60,563 bases of DNA from a virus. Its lineage: Duplodnaviria > Caudoviricetes. The notes beneath the pieces are model-generated. The model was not told where the DNA came from. It saw only the letters and a program-made list of their open reading frames with translations, and did not search any database. The stretch's first letter is position 1. Every line of letters starts with the position of its first letter. Where the stretch lies: positions 1 through 60,563 of IMG/VR virus record IMGVR_UViG_3300032083_001059; one strand, written 5' to 3'. A program made the translations under genes and the position numbers. Below are positions 9,423 through 18,980 of the stretch, one piece after another.

Positions 9423-10673
9423 ATGAAAACATTTCAAGAGTATTACTCAAATTCTTTAGACACATATCCTTATGGTGGCGCATCAGTTGGGCCAGGAATG
9501 GGGCAATATGTTCCAGTTGCAGATCTTAATTTAAGAGCTCAAAAAGAAAAAGAAGTAAAAAAATCAGACATTGACCAACTTGAAAAATATGCAGATAGAT
9601 TATTTGGTGCAGTTGGTATAGATGTAGAATTTACACGACACTTTCTTGATCGTGTTAATGATGCAAGAAATAAAGTTCAAATCACACCATCAGAACTCAC
9701 TCGTCTATTCAGACAATCCTATAAAAAGTTTGGTAAAAGAATTGCAAAGTTAGGCCCTGATGCAGAGGCAGTTATTACGGATATGAAAACTGATATCAAC
9801 ATGCCTTTTGTTTTAAATTTAAAAGGTGGTGAATTAGAACTCATTGCAAAAACTGTAATGAGAAAGAAAGACTTTAAAACACAAAATCCAAAACTTGCAT
9901 TTGAGGGTATCGGAGAGCCAAACATATTCAGTCAAAAGAATCCTAGAATACCAAGAAAAAAAGGACAGCCAGCAAAGTCAAAGAAACATTCTGATTTATA
10001 TACAGATGAAGACCCAAAGGGAACAATACATGGCTTAGGTTTTAAAGATGTCGCAACTGCAAGAGCAAGTGTTAAAAAAATAGAATCATCTGGTAGAACA
10101 CACGCACATAAAATACAAGCTGCAATCGCAATGGAGCAAAGAGCAAGAGTGATGGGAAAAACAGCAGAGGCAAATGTTTATCGTGCATATATTGAAAAAA
10201 TGAAAAAGAAAACTAAAGAGATGAGAAAAGAAGATGCACATGGTTTTAACTGCCCGCCTGGATATAAATTTGATAAAAAATTAATGGCATGTGTTCCAAA
10301 GAAAACAAAATTTAAAACAGTATATGCATATCCATATTTTGGTGGTGGAACTAAGAGTGGAGACCAATCTGGAGAAACACAGAGTGGACAAAATGGAAAT
10401 GGGAATGGTAATGGTGGTAATGGTAATGGTAATGGTGGTAATGGTAATGGTGGAAATGGTGGTAATGGTGCAAGTGGAGGAGAATCATACATAGTTGCAG
10501 ATGTAAGAAAGATGTCTGGTGGTGGATATGGTGTATACGCAGATAAGTTCGTTAAAGGCAAAAGAGTTACACTACCAAGTGGTAAGCACGCAAAAGAACT
10601 TAAAAAAGTTTATCGTAGTAAAGAAAAGGCAAATAAATACATGGCTGCGATTATGATAGGAAAAGGTGGGTAA
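9423..10673 (+). CDS. modular putative internal protein with RegB/RelE-like domain
   Basis: MKTFQEY leader; VEFTRHFLDR motif; Cys-pair module; G/N linker. Confidence 0.6.
   Translation: MKTFQEYYSNSLDTYPYGGASVGPGMGQYVPVADLNLRAQKEKEVKKSDIDQLEKYADRLFGAVGIDVEFTRHFLDRVNDARNKVQITPSELTRLFRQSYKKFGKRIAKLGPDAEAVITDMKTDINMPFVLNLKGGELELIAKTVMRKKDFKTQNPKLAFEGIGEPNIFSQKNPRIPRKKGQPAKSKKHSDLYTDEDPKGTIHGLGFKDVATARASVKKIESSGRTHAHKIQAAIAMEQRARVMGKTAEANVYRAYIEKMKKKTKEMRKEDAHGFNCPPGYKFDKKLMACVPKKTKFKTVYAYPYFGGGTKSGDQSGETQSGQNGNGNGNGGNGNGNGGNGNGGNGGNGASGGESYIVADVRKMSGGGYGVYADKFVKGKRVTLPSGKHAKELKKVYRSKEKANKYMAAIMIGKGG
10392..10469 (+). repeat. (GGT AAT)n low-complexity repeat encoding a Gly/Asn linker
   Basis: Read directly. 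Confidence 0.85.
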
Positions 10674-11485
10674 TGAAAACATTTAAACAGTTTACTGAAA
10701 GTCTTTGGGCAAACATCCATAAAAAAAGACAGAGAATCAAAAGAGGCTCTGGTGAAAAAATGAGAAAAGTTGGTGATAAAGGAGCTCCTACACCAGCACA
10801 GATGAGGCGTGCAAAAGGTGAGGGATTTCGTGAGGAAATGAAATGTCCGCCTGCAACTCAAAATTTAAAGATTAATACAAAAAACAGAGATGCAACAATT
10901 AAAAACTATAACTATGGCCCTCTGAATGTTGATGAGCCAGGCGACTACTGGAAAAAAATTGCAAGATATTGGAAAACAACTGAACAAGCTGCAAAGAAGT
11001 CTGTATGTAATAACTGTGTTGCGTTTGATGTTTCACCAAGAATGTTAGAGTGTTTACCAGGCGAAACATCTGATAAAGATGGTCGTTTAGGTTATTGTTG
11101 GATGCATCACTTTAAGTGTCATTCTGCAAGAGCGTGTCATACTTGGGCAAAGGGTGGCCCAATTACAACAGATAAGAAATCACATGATTGGCAAGAGCGT
11201 GCAAAGATGACAGAAAGTGGCCACACGCAACTTGCAAAAACAAATATAAGACAAAAAAGAGAATTAGAAAGATTAAAGGTGCAACACGATAGAGAGGACG
11301 ATAGAGCAAGAAGTCAAGATGTTGCAAGAAAAAATATTCAAACAGAAAAAGCACCTAACACATCAGATGCAATGAAAAGATATAAATCAGGTAAAGCAGG
11401 ATTTACTGACATCGCACATTTAAAAGCAAAAGGTTTAATTAAAAGAAGTGATGGAACAAAAAGAAAATCTGATAAATATAAGTAA
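10673..11485 (+). CDS. modular putative internal protein with Cys-rich (HiPIP-like spacing) domain
   Basis: MKTFKQFTE leader; CNNCVAF...GYC...FKC...RACHTW. Confidence 0.6.
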   Translation: MKTFKQFTESLWANIHKKRQRIKRGSGEKMRKVGDKGAPTPAQMRRAKGEGFREEMKCPPATQNLKINTKNRDATIKNYNYGPLNVDEPGDYWKKIARYWKTTEQAAKKSVCNNCVAFDVSPRMLECLPGETSDKDGRLGYCWMHHFKCHSARACHTWAKGGPITTDKKSHDWQERAKMTESGHTQLAKTNIRQKRELERLKVQHDREDDRARSQDVARKNIQTEKAPNTSDAMKRYKSGKAGFTDIAHLKAKGLIKRSDGTKRKSDKYK

Positions 11486-11509
11486 TAATTAGATTAAAGG
11501 ATAAAAAAA

Positions 11510-12271
11510 ATGGGAAGAGCTAGAGAACTTGCAAGAGGTGGTTCAGGAAACTTTAATGATGCGTTGGTATTAGATACTGCAGCTGATGTTGGAGATAATA
11601 TTTTATTAGATGGAACTGATACCTCTGCAACTAATGCTGGATTTAATCTTACATTAGAAAATGCATCTAGCGATGGTTCAAGTGTTGTAGTTAATGCAAA
11701 TTTAGATGATATAGATGGATATAAAAATGCTGTAGCAGATAGAAAAATAGTATTACCAAATGTAAGCACTGGCGATATGCTTACAACAAGTTCTGTTGCT
11801 GAAACAACAAAAGTGCCAATGTTTTGGGTTACACCAGCTGCTGCTAAAACTATTTCTGATGCTACAAATGCTGTCGTAGAATATGACAATGTTCACTTTG
11901 ATACACATAGTGCATGGGATAATTCAAATTATAGATATGTTGCACCTATTGCTGGATACTATTGGATAAGTATGGGTATATTTTTTGACACTACAGCTCA
12001 TGTTCAAACTCTTTGCACAGCTAGTATAAGATATAATGGTGATACAGTTAATCTTGGTTCTGGTAGAGTAATGTTAAGAAACGGAACTGATAACAATGAA
12101 TCTGAATTAGGTGGTTCTGCAGCTTGGATTATTTATTTTAATGGAACATCTGATTATGTAGATGGTTATGCATATATGGACGCAGATGGAACAAGAACTA
12201 TTTTAGGTGGTACAGGATATAATCAATCTTGGTTGTGTGGTTATCTATTAAGAGCAGGAGTACAAGTATGA
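11510..12271 (+). CDS. C1q-domain fibre/adhesin
   Basis: FDTHSAWDNSNYRYVAPIAGYYWI is C1q-like; GATAAATA late-promoter variant at 11471. Confidence 0.7.
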   Translation: MGRARELARGGSGNFNDALVLDTAADVGDNILLDGTDTSATNAGFNLTLENASSDGSSVVVNANLDDIDGYKNAVADRKIVLPNVSTGDMLTTSSVAETTKVPMFWVTPAAAKTISDATNAVVEYDNVHFDTHSAWDNSNYRYVAPIAGYYWISMGIFFDTTAHVQTLCTASIRYNGDTVNLGSGRVMLRNGTDNNESELGGSAAWIIYFNGTSDYVDGYAYMDADGTRTILGGTGYNQSWLCGYLLRAGVQV

Positions 12272-12486
12272 CATTAGCGGGAAAAATAAAAGTTCTTTAT
12301 GAAACAATTAGTAACTCAGATTTTAGAGCAGATGGTTTTAATAATGGAAGTATAGTTTTGAGAAATGATGGTAAAAGTCCACCAGATGGAAAGGTAAAAG
12401 TTGGTAATGATTACATTGATTCATGGAATCACCCAACATTAGCACAACCAACACAACAGCAGTTAGATGCAATCAATAACGAATGA
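12268..12486 (+). CDS. XkdW-like tail fibre assembly protein
   Basis: LRNDG...YIDSWNHPTLAQPTQQQL; follows fibre gene with ATGA overlap. Confidence 0.6.
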   Translation: MTLAGKIKVLYETISNSDFRADGFNNGSIVLRNDGKSPPDGKVKVGNDYIDSWNHPTLAQPTQQQLDAINNE

Positions 12487-12866
12487 TTAGAGTATATTTA
12501 ACAATTGCAGTTGTTGGATTGATTGGTGGTATTGTTTATGGTGGATTTTATTTTTACCAAGATGCACAAAAACGCATTGCAACACTACAACAGAATAACG
12601 CAAAACTAGAAGTTGTTGCAAAAGAAAACGAGCAAGTTGTACGAAGTATGCGAGTTGAAACTGCAAGATTAAATGATTTAAATCAAAGTTTACAAGGTAA
12701 ACTAAGTAGAGCAGAGGAGTCAAGAGAAAGATTACTCACAAGATTACAAGAGATAAACTTGAAAAAAGAATCTATGGTTAACCCTATAGAAATAGAGAAA
12801 AGGATAAATGATGGTACTGATGAGATGTTTAACGATCTTGAGTCTATTACTTCTGTTATTCAGTAG
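12483..12866 (+). CDS. i-spanin (Rz-like)
   Basis: N-terminal TM plus coiled coil; overlaps a lipoprotein gene. Confidence 0.7.
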   Translation: MIRVYLTIAVVGLIGGIVYGGFYFYQDAQKRIATLQQNNAKLEVVAKENEQVVRSMRVETARLNDLNQSLQGKLSRAEESRERLLTRLQEINLKKESMVNPIEIEKRINDGTDEMFNDLESITSVIQ

Positions 12867-13203
12867 TGGGTGTGCATTATTTAGAAAACCAGAAAAAGAA
12901 ATAATCGTTAAAACAGTAGAGGTAGAGAAACAAATACCAATACAGCAAAGTCCAAGGCCACTTAAATTAGGTAAAGTAACTTGGAAAGTTGTAACCTCAC
13001 AAAATGTTGATGAATTAGTTAAGCAGTATGAAGAAAACAATGGGCCTGATTGGGTGTTCTATGTTATGGAAGTTGAGTCATTTGAAAGACTTGCACTTAA
13101 CATGGAAGATATAAAAAGATATATAAAACAACAAAAAGAAATAATCATATATTATGAAGAAGCGGTAAAACCAAAGGAAAAAACAAATGGGAAAGTTCCA
13201 TAA
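12808..13203 (+). CDS. o-spanin lipoprotein (Rz1-like)
   Basis: Lipobox LFSSGC; Pro-containing mature part; overlaps i-spanin 3' end. Confidence 0.7.
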   Translation: MMVLMRCLTILSLLLLLFSSGCALFRKPEKEIIVKTVEVEKQIPIQQSPRPLKLGKVTWKVVTSQNVDELVKQYEENNGPDWVFYVMEVESFERLALNMEDIKRYIKQQKEIIIYYEEAVKPKEKTNGKVP

Positions 13204-13660
13204 TTTATTAGATGCAAAATTTAATCCACCACGCAACTGGACTTTAGATACTGCACTTAAGTTTGATTCTGATACATTATCAGATAATGATAGAGATATG
13301 CTTAAATATTGTGGTATACAAGTAACAAAGAAAAATGTAATTAGTGTTCCAAAAGGATATATTACAGACTTAGCATCTGTTCCTCGTTTTTGTTGGGCAT
13401 TTATCGCACCATTTGATGTTGCAAGAGCAGCTGTTGTGCATGATATTTTATACGAAAAAATAAATACTGCATACAAAGATGGTAAAATATTCACAAAATA
13501 TGATAGAGAAAAATATAGAAAAATTGCAGATGATGTTTTCAAAGAGGGAATGGAATCTGCTGAGCCAAAAGTTCCAAAATGGAAAATATGGTCTGCTTAT
13601 AATGCAGTAAGATTATTCGGGCGTTGGGCAATCAATAGTTCTGCACCAAGAAAAATCTAA
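13187..13660 (+). CDS. DUF1353-family protein
   Basis: VPKGYITDLASVPR...AAVVHDILY...ADDVF...YNAVRLFG. Confidence 0.8.
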   Translation: MGKFHNLLDAKFNPPRNWTLDTALKFDSDTLSDNDRDMLKYCGIQVTKKNVISVPKGYITDLASVPRFCWAFIAPFDVARAAVVHDILYEKINTAYKDGKIFTKYDREKYRKIADDVFKEGMESAEPKVPKWKIWSAYNAVRLFGRWAINSSAPRKI

Positions 13661-13905
13661 TGTTTTGGGTTGCATGGGCTACTAAAAGCATAGCTGGTAG
13701 TATACTAGGAAATGCAACTTCAAAGTGGTTTGAAAAAACTGCAATGGGTAGATGGTTTCATAAGAAGATGGAAAACATTTACAATTGGGCTGCAAATAGA
13801 TATGGGTTTGAAGTTTTAAAATCTGAAGATAAGTGGAAAAAGAAATACCCTAATGTTGCAAAAAAGATGGAGGAGTTAGAGGAGAGAATCAAAAAGTTAG
13901 AGTAG
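13660..13905 (+). CDS. hypothetical protein
   Basis: Coupled ORF in operon. Confidence 0.65.
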   Translation: MFWVAWATKSIAGSILGNATSKWFEKTAMGRWFHKKMENIYNWAANRYGFEVLKSEDKWKKKYPNVAKKMEELEERIKKLE

Positions 13906-13960
13906 GTATAGTTATTGCATGTACTATTTACTTAACAATTTTTTGACACTAGGGGTAACA

Positions 13961-14383
13961 ATGGCACAATCAGATGTAAACACACAAATAGAACTTGAAC
14001 TTCTTAAAAAAGAAATCGCAGACATGAAGCAAATTCATGTTCGTCTTGATACTGCAATAGAGAAAATAACAGACTTTTCAAATTGTATTAATCGTTTACT
14101 TGCAGTTCACGAAGAAAAAATTACACAGCAAGAAGAATCACAGCAAAGAAGTGTTCAAGAATTTACATCTGACATAAAAGAATTACATTCTCGTATTACT
14201 ACTAATACAAAAGAATTAACTGCACTTATGACACAGCAGCACAAAGAACAAAAAGATGTAATAGATAGACTTAAAGATGAAGTATCTAGTCGTGTGGGTG
14301 TGCTAGAAAAGTGGAGATGGATTATCATTGGTGGCTCTATCGTTTTAGGTTTTATCATACAAAAACTTCCAGTCTGGGGTTGA
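13961..14383 (+). CDS. coiled-coil protein with C-terminal TM (possible lysis/membrane role)
   Basis: AGGGG RBS; LEKWRWIIIGG TM. Confidence 0.65.
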   Translation: MAQSDVNTQIELELLKKEIADMKQIHVRLDTAIEKITDFSNCINRLLAVHEEKITQQEESQQRSVQEFTSDIKELHSRITTNTKELTALMTQQHKEQKDVIDRLKDEVSSRVGVLEKWRWIIIGGSIVLGFIIQKLPVWG

Positions 14384-14408
14384 CTAATAGTATACATTAG
14401 TGTATGAT
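14380..14408 (+). promoter_or_regulatory. sigma70-type promoter TTGACT-17-TATGAT
   Basis: Near consensus, immediately upstream of primase. Confidence 0.7.
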
Positions 14409-14416
14409 ATTACACA

Positions 14417-15430
14417 ATGTATATTCAACAAAAATACCTATCAATAGTATCTTCCCAACTTTCTCAATTTAAAAAGAAAGGGGATTTCCTATATAACTTT
14501 CGTTGCCCATATTGTGGTGATTCACAGAAATCACAAACAAAGGCTCGTGGGTTTATCTTTCGTAAAGACATGGATTTAATATATAAGTGTCATAACTGTG
14601 GAAAAGGTGCGAGTTTTACAAATTTTTTAAAATATGTAGACTCAAAGATTCATAATGACTATATAATGGAACGATACAAGAAGGTTGAAAATGTATCTGA
14701 AGTTGAAGTCAGAAAATCTAAAATTACTCAAGGAGAAACCCCACTTAAACAACTCAAACGAATATCTCAACTAGAATGGACTCATGTTGTAAAGAAATTT
14801 GTTCAAAAAAGAAAAATACCATCAAAGTTTCATTATGAATTGTACTTTGCACCAAAATTTTATGAATGGGTTAACACAATCATACCGAACAAATTCTCCA
14901 GTTTACAAAACGATCACCCAAGATTAGTAATACCATTCTTTGATGAAAAAGGTAAGATGTTTGCGTTACAAGGTAGGTCATTCGGTAATGAAACTCCTAA
15001 GTATATAACTATTATTCTTGATTCAACAAAAAACAAAATTTATGGTTTAAACAGAGTTAAAAAAGACAAACCACTATATGCAGTAGAAGGCCCAATTGAT
15101 AGTTTGTTTTTAGATAACTGTGTGGCTGTTGCTGGTGCAGAGTTTACAAGTTTGCCACTTAATACTATAATTATTTTTGATAATGACAGAAGAAACAAAG
15201 AAGTATTAAAACAAATTGAAAAAACAATAAACAGAGGCTATAGTGTTGTTCTTTGGCCTAATGATGTCAAACAAAAAGACATTAATGATATGGTCTTGTC
15301 AGGAATGACAAGGGGTGATATTTATAAAATAATTAAAGAGAACACTTTTAGCGGTGTTCACGCAAAAACAAGATTTGTATTTTGGAAGAAAGTAGAAACA
15401 AATGAAAAAATATTTAGGAATAAAAATTAA
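14417..15430 (+). CDS. 61: DNA primase (T4 gp61-like)
   Basis: Zn ribbon CPYCGDS...CHNC; TOPRIM EGPIDS, FDND, KDIND. Confidence 0.95.
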   Translation: MYIQQKYLSIVSSQLSQFKKKGDFLYNFRCPYCGDSQKSQTKARGFIFRKDMDLIYKCHNCGKGASFTNFLKYVDSKIHNDYIMERYKKVENVSEVEVRKSKITQGETPLKQLKRISQLEWTHVVKKFVQKRKIPSKFHYELYFAPKFYEWVNTIIPNKFSSLQNDHPRLVIPFFDEKGKMFALQGRSFGNETPKYITIILDSTKNKIYGLNRVKKDKPLYAVEGPIDSLFLDNCVAVAGAEFTSLPLNTIIIFDNDRRNKEVLKQIEKTINRGYSVVLWPNDVKQKDINDMVLSGMTRGDIYKIIKENTFSGVHAKTRFVFWKKVETNEKIFRNKN

Positions 15431-17162
15431 TGAAGATCGTGATAAACTTCTTTCAGAACAAGCCCAAAAATTATTAAAAGATTATTATTGCAGAGGTGAT
15501 GAAACTTCACCACAGATGGCATTTGCTAGAGCTGCTTATGCTTATTCTTTTGATGATAAAGGACTTGCTCAAAGAATTTATGACTACGCATCACAAGGGT
15601 GGTTTATGTATTCATCACCAGTTTTATCAAACGCACCTTTACCTAAAGAAAAAGTAAAGGCATTACCAATATCATGTTTTCTTGCATATGTTCCTGATTC
15701 ATTAGATGGATTGATTGACCACACTTCTGAATTGAGATGGTTAGCAGTTAAAGGTGGTGGTGTTGGTGGACACTGGAGTGCAGTTCGTTCAGTATCTGAT
15801 ATTGCCCCTGGCCCTATTCCATTTTTACACACAGTAGATGCAGACATGACTGCGTATCGTCAAGGTAAAACTCGTAAAGGTTCTTATGCAGCTTACTTAG
15901 ACATATCGCACCCAGACATCATTGAGTTTTTATCTATTCGTATACCAACAGGTGATGTTGGAAGAAAGTGCTTAAATCTACATCACGCAGTTAATATTAC
16001 AGATGACTTTATGAAAGCTGTTAGAGATGATACAGATTGGAATCTACTTGACCCCAATGATAAGTCTGTTAGAGAAACACTGAAAGCTCGTAAGATATGG
16101 GAAACAATATTAGAAACAAGATTTAGAACTGGTGAGCCTTATCTTAATTTTATTGATACTGCAAATCGTTATTTACCAGAATCAATGAAAGAAAAAGGAC
16201 TTAAAATTCATGGCTCAAATTTATGTAATGAAATACATTTACCTACAAACGAAGAAAGAACAGCAGTTTGTTGCTTATCATCACTTAATTTAGAAAAGTA
16301 TGATGAATGGAAAGATACACGAATTGTGCAAGACTTAATTCGTTTCTTGGATAATGTGTTACAATTTTTTATTGGACACGCACCAGACACAGTAAAGCGT
16401 GCAAAATACTCTGCAATACAAGAAAGAAGTCTTGGATTGGGTGCAATGGGTTTACACTCTTACTACCAAAAACATCGTATTGCGTTTGATTCTGATGCAG
16501 CTGCAATTTTAAACACAGAAATATTTGCAAAGATTAAAAGAGATGCAGTAGAAGAAACAGAGATACTTGCAAAAGAGCGTGGTGAAGCACCAGATATGAA
16601 AGGAACTGGTAGAAGAAATGCACATTTACTTGCTATTGCTCCAAATGCAAATAGTTCAATGATTGTAAGTTGTTCTCCATCAATTGAGCCACACAAAGCA
16701 AACGCATACACGCATAGAACAAGAGCTGGTTCACATTTAATTAAGAACAAGTACCTTGAAGAAGAATTAATTAAAGTCAACATGAATACACCAGAAGTTT
16801 GGACTTCAATTATTACAAATGGTGGCTCTGTTCAGCAATTAGAATTTTTAGATAATGAAGTTAAAGAAGTATTTAAAACTGCTATAGAAATTAATCAGAA
16901 AGTTTTAGTAGAGCAAGGTGGAGATAGACAGAAGTTTTTATGTCAAGGACAATCACTTAATCTTTTCTTTCCAGCTGGTGCAACAAAAAGTTATTTACAT
17001 AAAGTTCACATGAGAGCATGGGAAACAGAGTGCAAGGGATTATATTATTTAAGAACTGAAACATCTCAGCGTGCCGAGAATGTTGCAGAAAAAGTAGAGT
17101 TAGATAAATTAGTAGATTATAAAAACACAGAAGAAGATGACTGTGTTGCTTGTCAAGGATAG
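15402..17162 (+). CDS. nrdA: class I ribonucleotide reductase alpha subunit (no ATP cone)
   Basis: ISCFL, SNLCNEI, APNANSS, LYYLR, C-terminal CVACQG. Confidence 0.95.
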   Translation: MKKYLGIKINEDRDKLLSEQAQKLLKDYYCRGDETSPQMAFARAAYAYSFDDKGLAQRIYDYASQGWFMYSSPVLSNAPLPKEKVKALPISCFLAYVPDSLDGLIDHTSELRWLAVKGGGVGGHWSAVRSVSDIAPGPIPFLHTVDADMTAYRQGKTRKGSYAAYLDISHPDIIEFLSIRIPTGDVGRKCLNLHHAVNITDDFMKAVRDDTDWNLLDPNDKSVRETLKARKIWETILETRFRTGEPYLNFIDTANRYLPESMKEKGLKIHGSNLCNEIHLPTNEERTAVCCLSSLNLEKYDEWKDTRIVQDLIRFLDNVLQFFIGHAPDTVKRAKYSAIQERSLGLGAMGLHSYYQKHRIAFDSDAAAILNTEIFAKIKRDAVEETEILAKERGEAPDMKGTGRRNAHLLAIAPNANSSMIVSCSPSIEPHKANAYTHRTRAGSHLIKNKYLEEELIKVNMNTPEVWTSIITNGGSVQQLEFLDNEVKEVFKTAIEINQKVLVEQGGDRQKFLCQGQSLNLFFPAGATKSYLHKVHMRAWETECKGLYYLRTETSQRAENVAEKVELDKLVDYKNTEEDDCVACQG

Positions 17163-17170
17163 GGGAAAAA

Positions 17171-18409
17171 ATGGAAGTACAAATTTATACAAAAACAGAT
17201 TGCCCATTTTGTGTAGAAGCAAAAAAATGGTTTAACGAACACATTATAGATTACAATGAGCATTGTATGGACGATGAAGAAGAACGCCTTGCGTTTTATC
17301 AAAGAATTAATAATGTGCAAGAACAATTAGGTGCAAAAGAAAAAGTTGGAAGTGTTCCACAAATTTTTATTGATGGAGAAAGAGTTGGTGGATATAACGA
17401 ATTAATTAAACAGCAAGAAAAAATTCTTAAAAAAAGAGGCGGTGGACTTTTTCAAACATCACAAACCTATAAACCATTTTACTATCCATTTGCAGTAGAA
17501 CTAACAACAAGACATGAGAAAGCTCATTGGATTGAAGATGAGATTGATTTATCAGAAGATGTAACTGATTGGAAAAGTAATAAAATGACTGAAGTAGAAA
17601 AAGATTATATAACAAATATTCTAAGATTATTTACACAGTCAGATGTTGCAGTTGGGCAAAACTATTACGATCAGTTTATTCCTAAATTTAAAAATAATGA
17701 AGTTCGTAATATGATGGGCTCATTCGCATCAAGAGAAGGTGTTCATCAAAGAGCATATGCACTTTTAAATGACACTCTTGGTTTACCAGATGAGGAGTAT
17801 CACGCATTTTTAGAATACAAAGAAATGGCAGACAAAATTGAATATATGCAAAAGTCAGATGTAACAACTCATAGAGGACTCGCACTTGCACTTGCAAAAT
17901 CTGTATTTAATGAGGGTGTAGCTTTATTTGCATCGTTTGTGATGTTACTTAACTTTCAAAGATATGGAAAGATGAAAGGAATGGGTAAAGTTGTAGAATG
18001 GTCTATTCGTGATGAATCTATGCATGTTGAGGGTAATTCTAAACTGTTTAGAACATTTTGCTCAGAGCACCCTAAACTTATCAATGATGATTTCAAATTA
18101 GAGATATATCAGATGGCTCGTGATGTTGTTAAGCTTGAAGATAAGTTTATTGACCTTGCATATAAAATGGGTAACATTGAAGGCCTTGAATCTGAGGAAG
18201 TTAAAAAATATATTAGATATATAACGGACAGAAGATTGCTTCAATTAGGTTTAAAAACTAACTTTAAGGTAAAAGAGAATCCTTTGCCATGGCTAGAATG
18301 GGTATTGAATGGTGCAGATCATACTAATTTCTTTGAGAATCGTGTAACAGAATATGAAGTTGCTGGTTTAACTGGAAGTTGGGAAGATGCGTATCAAAGG
18401 ATGCAATGA
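17171..18409 (+). CDS. nrdB: glutaredoxin-NrdB fusion (RNR beta subunit)
   Basis: N-terminal CPFC/SVPQIFIDG glutaredoxin; EGVH, FNEG, RDESMH, NFFE..VTEY. Confidence 0.93.
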   Translation: MEVQIYTKTDCPFCVEAKKWFNEHIIDYNEHCMDDEEERLAFYQRINNVQEQLGAKEKVGSVPQIFIDGERVGGYNELIKQQEKILKKRGGGLFQTSQTYKPFYYPFAVELTTRHEKAHWIEDEIDLSEDVTDWKSNKMTEVEKDYITNILRLFTQSDVAVGQNYYDQFIPKFKNNEVRNMMGSFASREGVHQRAYALLNDTLGLPDEEYHAFLEYKEMADKIEYMQKSDVTTHRGLALALAKSVFNEGVALFASFVMLLNFQRYGKMKGMGKVVEWSIRDESMHVEGNSKLFRTFCSEHPKLINDDFKLEIYQMARDVVKLEDKFIDLAYKMGNIEGLESEEVKKYIRYITDRRLLQLGLKTNFKVKENPLPWLEWVLNGADHTNFFENRVTEYEVAGLTGSWEDAYQRMQ

Positions 18410-18561
18410 AAATAATATTTTATTGCTCACATTGTGAGGCAGATTATATTATTAAGCATGATTTAGAAGAACCATATATAATACAATATTGTCCGTTTTG
18501 TGGCGAACAGATTGATGAAGAAAATACTGATGAGATAGAAGATGAAGACCCAATCAGCTAA
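18406..18561 (+). CDS. small zinc-ribbon protein
   Basis: CSHC...CPFCG, acidic tail. Confidence 0.7.
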   Translation: MKIIFYCSHCEADYIIKHDLEEPYIIQYCPFCGEQIDEENTDEIEDEDPIS

Positions 18562-18883
18562 AGCAAAAGGTCGTAGATTACAGCAATGGTTTCGTGATTT
18601 ATTGATAGAAAAGTTAAATATTCACCCAGAGGATATTGAAAGTCGCTCAATGGGAGCTGGTGGTGAGGATTTAATTATGGCTAGAGCTGCAAGAGAAAAA
18701 TTCCCATATTCAGTAGAATGTAAAAATCAAGAGAAAATTAATGTATGGGAATCTTACAATCAAGCACAACAAAATTCAAAAGGCCATGAGCCAGTAGTTA
18801 TTCTCAAAAGGAACAATTCAAAGCCACTTGCACTTGTAGATGCAGAATATTTTGTAAAATTACATGATTCTGTATCTAAGTAG
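18542..18883 (+). CDS. PD-(D/E)XK nuclease, Holliday junction resolvase-like
   Basis: KAKGRRLQ...GEDL...VECK. Confidence 0.75.
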   Translation: MKTQSAKAKGRRLQQWFRDLLIEKLNIHPEDIESRSMGAGGEDLIMARAAREKFPYSVECKNQEKINVWESYNQAQQNSKGHEPVVILKRNNSKPLALVDAEYFVKLHDSVSK

Positions 18884-18946
18884 TTGATTTTAAAAGAATC
18901 TTTTTTTGTACAATCTATTGACAAATGACAATTGTTTTGATAACAT
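18877..18946 (+). promoter_or_regulatory. IHF-consensus site plus early promoter TTGACA(18918)-17-TAACAT
   Basis: Copy 1 of the repeated element. Confidence 0.75.
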
Positions 18947-18980
18947 ATAGTTAATGGTTAACAATTTGAAAGGAAATGAT

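Noticed and set aside
10392-10469. GGTAAT repeat as a contingency locus or DGR target
   Set aside because: In-frame Gly/Asn linker; no reverse transcriptase or template/variable repeat pair seen.
15402-18409. Introns or inteins in nrdA/nrdB (also checked gene 43 and thyX)
   Set aside because: ORFs are continuous and of normal or short length.
18877-18907. Repeated element as an integrase att or dif site
   Set aside because: No recombinase in the window, no dif-like arms, and fixed spacing to -35 boxes favours a promoter role.
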